64,000 bases of DNA from Eledone cirrhosa (Eukaryota): positions 36,456,001 through 36,520,000 of the forward strand of contig OZ024748.1 of the NCBI GenBank assembly GCA_964016885.1, read 5' to 3'. Each line of letters begins with the position of its first letter. Positions within the stretch are counted from its first letter, which is position 1. The notes beneath the pieces were generated by a model. The model worked only from the letters and a program-made list of their open reading frames with translations, ran no database searches and was not told the DNA's origin. Below are positions 58,901-64,000 of the stretch, piece after piece. The position numbers and the translations under genes are program-made.

Positions 58901-61803
58901 AGGTTAACAATACAACCACGCAGTCTGTCATAGTTATAATATAAGGTTAACAACACAACCTCACAGTCTGTCATAGTTATAATATAAGGTTAACAACACA
59001 ACCACACAGTCTGTCATAGTTATTATATAAGGTTAACAACACAACCACACAGTCTGTCATAGTTATAATATAAGGTTAACATCAACACAGCCTCACAGTC
59101 TATCATAGTTATAATATAAGGTTAACAACACAACCTCACAGTCTGTCATAGTTATAATATAAGGTCAACAACACAACCTCACAGTCTGTCATAGTTATAA
59201 TATAAGGTTAACAACACAACCTCACAGTCTGTCATAGTTATAATATAAGGTTAACAACACAACCTCACAGTCTGTCATAGTTATAATATAAGGTTAACAA
59301 CAACAACACAACCTCACAGTCTGTCATTGTTATAATATAAGGTTAACAACACAACCTCACAGTCTGTCATAGTTATAATATAAGGTTAACAACACAACCT
59401 CACAGTCTGTCATAGTTATAATATAAGGTTAACAACACAACCTCACAGTCTGTCATAGTTATAATATAAGGTTAACAACAACACAACCTCACAGTCTGTC
59501 ATAGTTATAATATAAGGTTAACAACACAACCTCACAGTCTTTCATAGTTATAATATAAGGTTAACAACACAACCTCACAGTCTTTCATAGTTATAATATA
59601 AGGTTAACAACACAACCTCACAGTCTTTCATTGTTATAATATAAGGTTAACAACACAACCACACAGTCTGTCATAGTTATAATATAAGGTTAACAACACA
59701 TCCTCACAGTCTTTCATAGTTATAATATAAGGTTAACAGCACAACCTCACAGTCTTTCATTGTTATAATATAAGGTTAACAACACAACCACATAGTCTCT
59801 CATAGTTATAATATAAGGTTAACAACACAACCTCACAGTCTTTCATAGTTATAATATAAGGTTAACAACACAACAACACAGTCTGTCATAGTTATAATAT
59901 AAGCTTAACAACACAACCACACAGTCTGTCATAGTTATAATATAAGGTTAACAACACAACCTCACAGTCTTTCATATTTATAATATAAGGTTAACAACAC
60001 AACCTCACAGTCTCTCATAGTTATAATATAAGGTTAACAACACAACCTTACAGTCTGTCATAGTTATAATATAAGGTTAACAACACAACCTCACAGTCTG
60101 TCATAGTTATAATATAAGGTTAACAACTACACAACCTCACAGTCTTTCATAGTTATTATATAAGGTTAACAACACAACCTCACAGTCTGTCATAGTTATA
60201 ACATAAGGTTAACAACACAACCTCACAGTCTGTCATAGTTATAATATAAGGTTAACAACACAACCTCACAGTCTGTCATAGTTATAATATAAGGTTAACA
60301 ACACAACCTCACAGTCTGTCATAGTTATAATATAAGGTTAACAACAAGAGAGCCACACAGTCTGTCATAGTTATAATATAAGGTTAACAACAACATAGCC
60401 ACACAGTGTGTCATAGTTATAATATAAGGTTAACAACACAACCTCACAGTCTGTCATAGTTATAATATAAGGTTAACAACAACACAACCTCACAGTCTGT
60501 CATAGTTATAATATAAGGTTAACAACACAACCTCACAGTCTGTCATAGTTATAATATAAGGTAAACAACAACACAACCTCACAGTCTGTCATAGTTATAA
60601 TATAAGGTTAACAACACAACCTCACAGTCTGTCATAGTTATAATATAAGGTTAACAACACAACCTCACAGTCTGTCATATTTATAATATAAGGTAACAAC
60701 AACACAACCACACAGTCTGTCATAGTTATAATATAAGGTTAACAACACAACCTCACAGTCTGTCATAGTTATAATATAAGTTTAACAACAACACAAGCTC
60801 ACAGTCTGTCATAGTTATAATATAAGGTTAACAACACAACCACACAGTCAATCATAGTTATAATATAAGGTTAACAACACAACAACACAGTCTGTCATAG
60901 TTATAATATAAGGTTAACAATACAACCACACAGTCTGTCATAGTTATAATATAAGGTTAACAACACAACCTCAAAGTCTGTCATAGTTATAATATAAGGT
61001 TAACAACACAACCACACAGTCTATCATAGTTATAATATAAGGTTAACAACACAACCACACAGTCTGCCATAGTTATAATATAAGGTTAACAACAACACAG
61101 CCTCACAGTCTATCATAGTTATAATATCAGGTTAACAACACAACCTTACAGTCTGTCATAGTTATAATATAAGGTTAACAACACAACCTCACAGTCTGTC
61201 ATAGTTATAATATAAGGTTAACAACAACAACACAACCTCACAGTCTGTCATAGTTATAATATAAGGTTAACAACAACACAACCTCACAGTCTGTCATAGT
61301 TATAATATAAGGTTAACAACAACACAGCCTCACAGTCTGTCATAGTTATAATATAAGGTTAACAACACAAACTCACAGTCTGTCATAGTTATAATATAAG
61401 ATTAACAACACAACCTCACAGTCTGTCATAGTTATAACATAAGGTTAACAACACAACCTCACAGTCTGTCATAGTTATAATATAAGGTTAACAACACAAC
61501 CTCACAGTCTGTCATAGTTATAATATAAGGTTAACAACACAACCTCACAGTGTTTCATTGTTATAATATAAGGTTAACAACACAACCACACAGTCTGTCA
61601 TAGTTATAATATAAGCTTAACAACACAACCACACAGTCTGTCATAGTTATAATATAAGGTTAACAACACAACCTCACAGTCTTTCATAGTTATAATATAA
61701 GGTTAACAACACAACCTCACAGTCTCTCATAGTTATAATATAAGGTTAACAACACAACCACACAGTCTGTCATAGTTATAATATAAGGTTAACAACAACA
61801 CAA
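52915..61803 (+). repeat. Tandem segmental duplication, two copies of about 4.45 kb (junction near 57335)
   Basis: Offset 4422 for ACGTC 52956/57378, AATAAGATT 53241/57663, TAACTAC 53421/57843. Offset becomes 4468 after one extra 46-bp unit near 58060: CCACGCAG 54451/58919, GTCAATC 56381/60849, AGTGTTTC 57081/61549. Confidence 0.92.
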
Positions 61804-62279
61804 GCTCACAGTCTGTCATAGTTATAATATAAGGTTAACAACACAACCACACAGTCTGTCATAGTTATAATATAAGGTTAACAACAACACCAGCTCACAG
61901 TCTGTCATAGTTATAATATAAGGTTAACAACAAAACCACACAGTCTGTCATAGTTATAATATAAGGTTAACAACACAACCTCACAGTCTGTCATAGTTAT
62001 AATATAAGGTTAACAACACAACCTCACAGTCTGTCATAGTTATAATATAAGGTTAACAACAACACAAGCTCACAGTCTGTCATAGTTATAATATAAGGTT
62101 AACAACACAACCTCACAGTCTGTCATAGTTATAATATAAGGTTAACAACTACACAACCTCACAGTCTTTCATAGTTATAATATAAGGTTAACAACACAAC
62201 CTCACAATCTGTCATAGTTATAATATAAGGTTAACAACAACACAACCTCACAGTCTCTCATAGTTATAATATAAGGTTA

Positions 62280-64000
62280 ACAACACAACCTCACAGTCTG
62301 TCATAGTTTTAATATAAGGTAAACAACAACACAACCTCACAGTCTGTCATAGTTATAATATAAGGTTAACAACACAACCTCACAGTCTGTCATAGTTATA
62401 ATATAAGGTTAACAACACAACCTCACAGTCTGTCATATTTATAATATAAGGTTAACAACAACACAACCACACAGTCTGTCATAGTTATAATATAAGGTTA
62501 ACAACACAACCTCACAGTCTGTCATAGTTATAATATAAGTTTAACAACAACACAAGCTCACAGTCTGTCATAGTTATAATATAAGGTTAACAACACAACC
62601 ACACAGTCAATCATAGTTATAATATAAGGTTAACAACACAACCACACAGTCTGTCATAGTTATAATATAAGGTTAACAACACAACCTCAAAGTCTGTCAT
62701 AGTTATAATATAAGGTTAACAACACAACCACACAGTCTATCATAGTTATAATATAAGGTTAACAACACAACCACACAGTCTGCCATAGTTATAATATAAG
62801 ATTAACAACACAACCTCACAGTCTGTCATAGTTATAACATAAGGTTAACAACACAACCTCACAGTCTGTCATAGTTATAATATAAGGTTAACAACACAAC
62901 CTCACAGTCTGTCATAGTTATAATATAAGGTTAACAATACAACCACACAGTCTGTCATAGTTATAATATAAGGTTAACAACACAACCTCAAAGTCTGTCA
63001 TAGTTATAATATAAGGTTAACAACACAACCACACAGTCTATCATAGTTATAATATAAGGTTAACAACACAACCACACAGTCTGCCATAGTTATAATATAA
63101 GGTTAACAACAACACAGCCTCACAGTCTATCATAGTTATAATATCAGGTTAACAACACAACCTTACAGTCTGTCATAGTTATAATATAAGGTTAACAACA
63201 CAACCTCACAGTCTGTCATAGTTATAATATAAGGTTAACAACAACACAGCCTCACAGTCTGTCATAGTTATAATATAAGGTTAACAACAACACAGCCTCA
63301 CAGTCTCTCATAGTTATAATATAAGGTTAACAACAACAACACAACCTCACAGTCTGTCATAGTTATAATATAAGGTTAACAACAACACAACCTCACAGTC
63401 TGTCATAGTTATAATATAAGGTTAACAACAACACAGCCTCACAGTCTGTCATAGTTATAATATAAGGTTAACAACACAAACTCACAGTCTGTCATAGTTA
63501 TAATATAAGGTTAACAACAACACAGCCTCACAGTCTGTCATAGTTATAATATAAGGTTAACAACACAACCACACAGTCAGTCATAGTTATAATATAAGAT
63601 TAACAACACAACCTCACAGTCTGTCATAGTTATAACATAAGGTTAAAAACACAACCTCACAGTCTGTCATAGTTATAATATAAGGTTAACAACACAACCT
63701 CACAGTCTGTCATAGTTATAATATAAGGTTAACAACACAACCTCACAGTCTGTCATAGTTATAATATAAGGTTAACAACACAACCTCACAGTCTGTCATA
63801 GTTATAATATAAGGTTAACAACACAACCTCACAGTCTTTCATTGTTATAATATAAGGTTAACAACACAACCACACAGTCTGTCATAGTTATAATATAAGC
63901 TTAACAACACAACCACACAGTCTGTCATAGTTATAATATAAGGTTAACAACACAACCTCACAGTCTTTCATAGTTATAATATAAGGTTAACAACACAACC
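62280..64000 (+). repeat. Rearranged third relative of the 56.1-57.3 kb segment, including a local repeat at 301 bp (7 monomers)
   Basis: GGTAAAC, GTCAATC (about 62606) and ATATCAGG (63141) recur. CTCAAAG occurs at 62686 and 62987, each followed by TCTATC and TCTGCC units. Confidence 0.75.

Larger units (their letters stand above)
1..64000 (+). repeat. Tandem satellite array, 43-bp monomer (46/49-bp AAC-expansion variants), about 1,450 copies, truncated by both window edges
   Basis: Unit 1-43 TCATAGTTATAATATAAGGTTAACAACACAACCTCACAGTCTG restarts at 44 and continues to 64000. Most units differ from consensus by 0-2 substitutions. No unique insert or inversion was seen. Confidence 0.99.

Noticed and set aside
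1-64000. CRISPR array (constant part of about 30 bp plus a variable AC-rich part)
   Set aside because: The variable part is only 11-17 bp and nearly identical between units. There are no unique spacers, leader or cas genes.
1-64000. Repetitive protein-coding ORF
   Set aside because: The + strand has TAG at 4 and TAA at 10, 15 and 21 of each unit; the - strand has two TGA and two TAA. Unit lengths are 1 mod 3, so any frame hits a stop within about 25 codons in the standard code.
1-64000. Giant + strand ORF under a TAA/TAG-reassigned genetic code (consensus has no TGA on +)
   Set aside because: Formally open over long stretches, but each base would be read in all three frames, 1-2 bp deletions and TGA variants are tolerated, and nothing indicates such a host. 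Low G content explains the lack of TGA.
1-64000. Telomeric repeat array (AACCT/AGGTT, variants TTAGG and TAGGGTTA)
   Set aside because: These motifs are isolated within a 43-bp unit and never tandem. A subtelomeric location or long-unit terminal repeat cannot be excluded, but nothing here supports it.
1-64000. Plasmid/viral iterons or a rolling-circle/sequencing concatemer artefact
   Set aside because: Far too many copies and no rep gene for iterons. Hierarchically inherited variants at multi-kb offsets indicate evolutionary history rather than copying of one small circle.
1-64000. Hidden unique insert, inversion, tRNA or rRNA within the array
   Set aside because: Reading through, every line conforms to the monomer in the same orientation. 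A very short anomaly could have been missed by eye.

Overview
The whole 64 kb window is one uninterrupted head-to-tail tandem array (satellite/minisatellite DNA), open at both ends. The consensus monomer is 43 bp, TCATAGTTATAATATAAGGTTAACAACACAACCTCACAGTCTG (A17 T12 C9 G5; about 33% GC; no CpG). Common 46- and 49-bp variants carry one or two extra AAC triplets. There are roughly 1,450 monomers (estimated from length), all in one orientation. I found no CDS, RNA gene, transposon, CRISPR array or unique spacer DNA. The informative content is in the variants. Rare substitutions recur in a conserved order, defining a loose higher-order repeat of about 2-2.6 kb, several recent multi-kb tandem duplications (offsets about 4003, 2275, 8182 with a nested 2074, 4769 and 4468 bp) and three regional variant layers. 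The monomer is mostly built from short dyad-symmetric elements. An array of this size and organisation is typical of eukaryotic heterochromatin (inference), but I cannot identify the organism or family. I see no convincing evidence of a novel gene system; the functional ideas below are hypotheses. Duplication boundaries were read by eye and are approximate to a few monomers.
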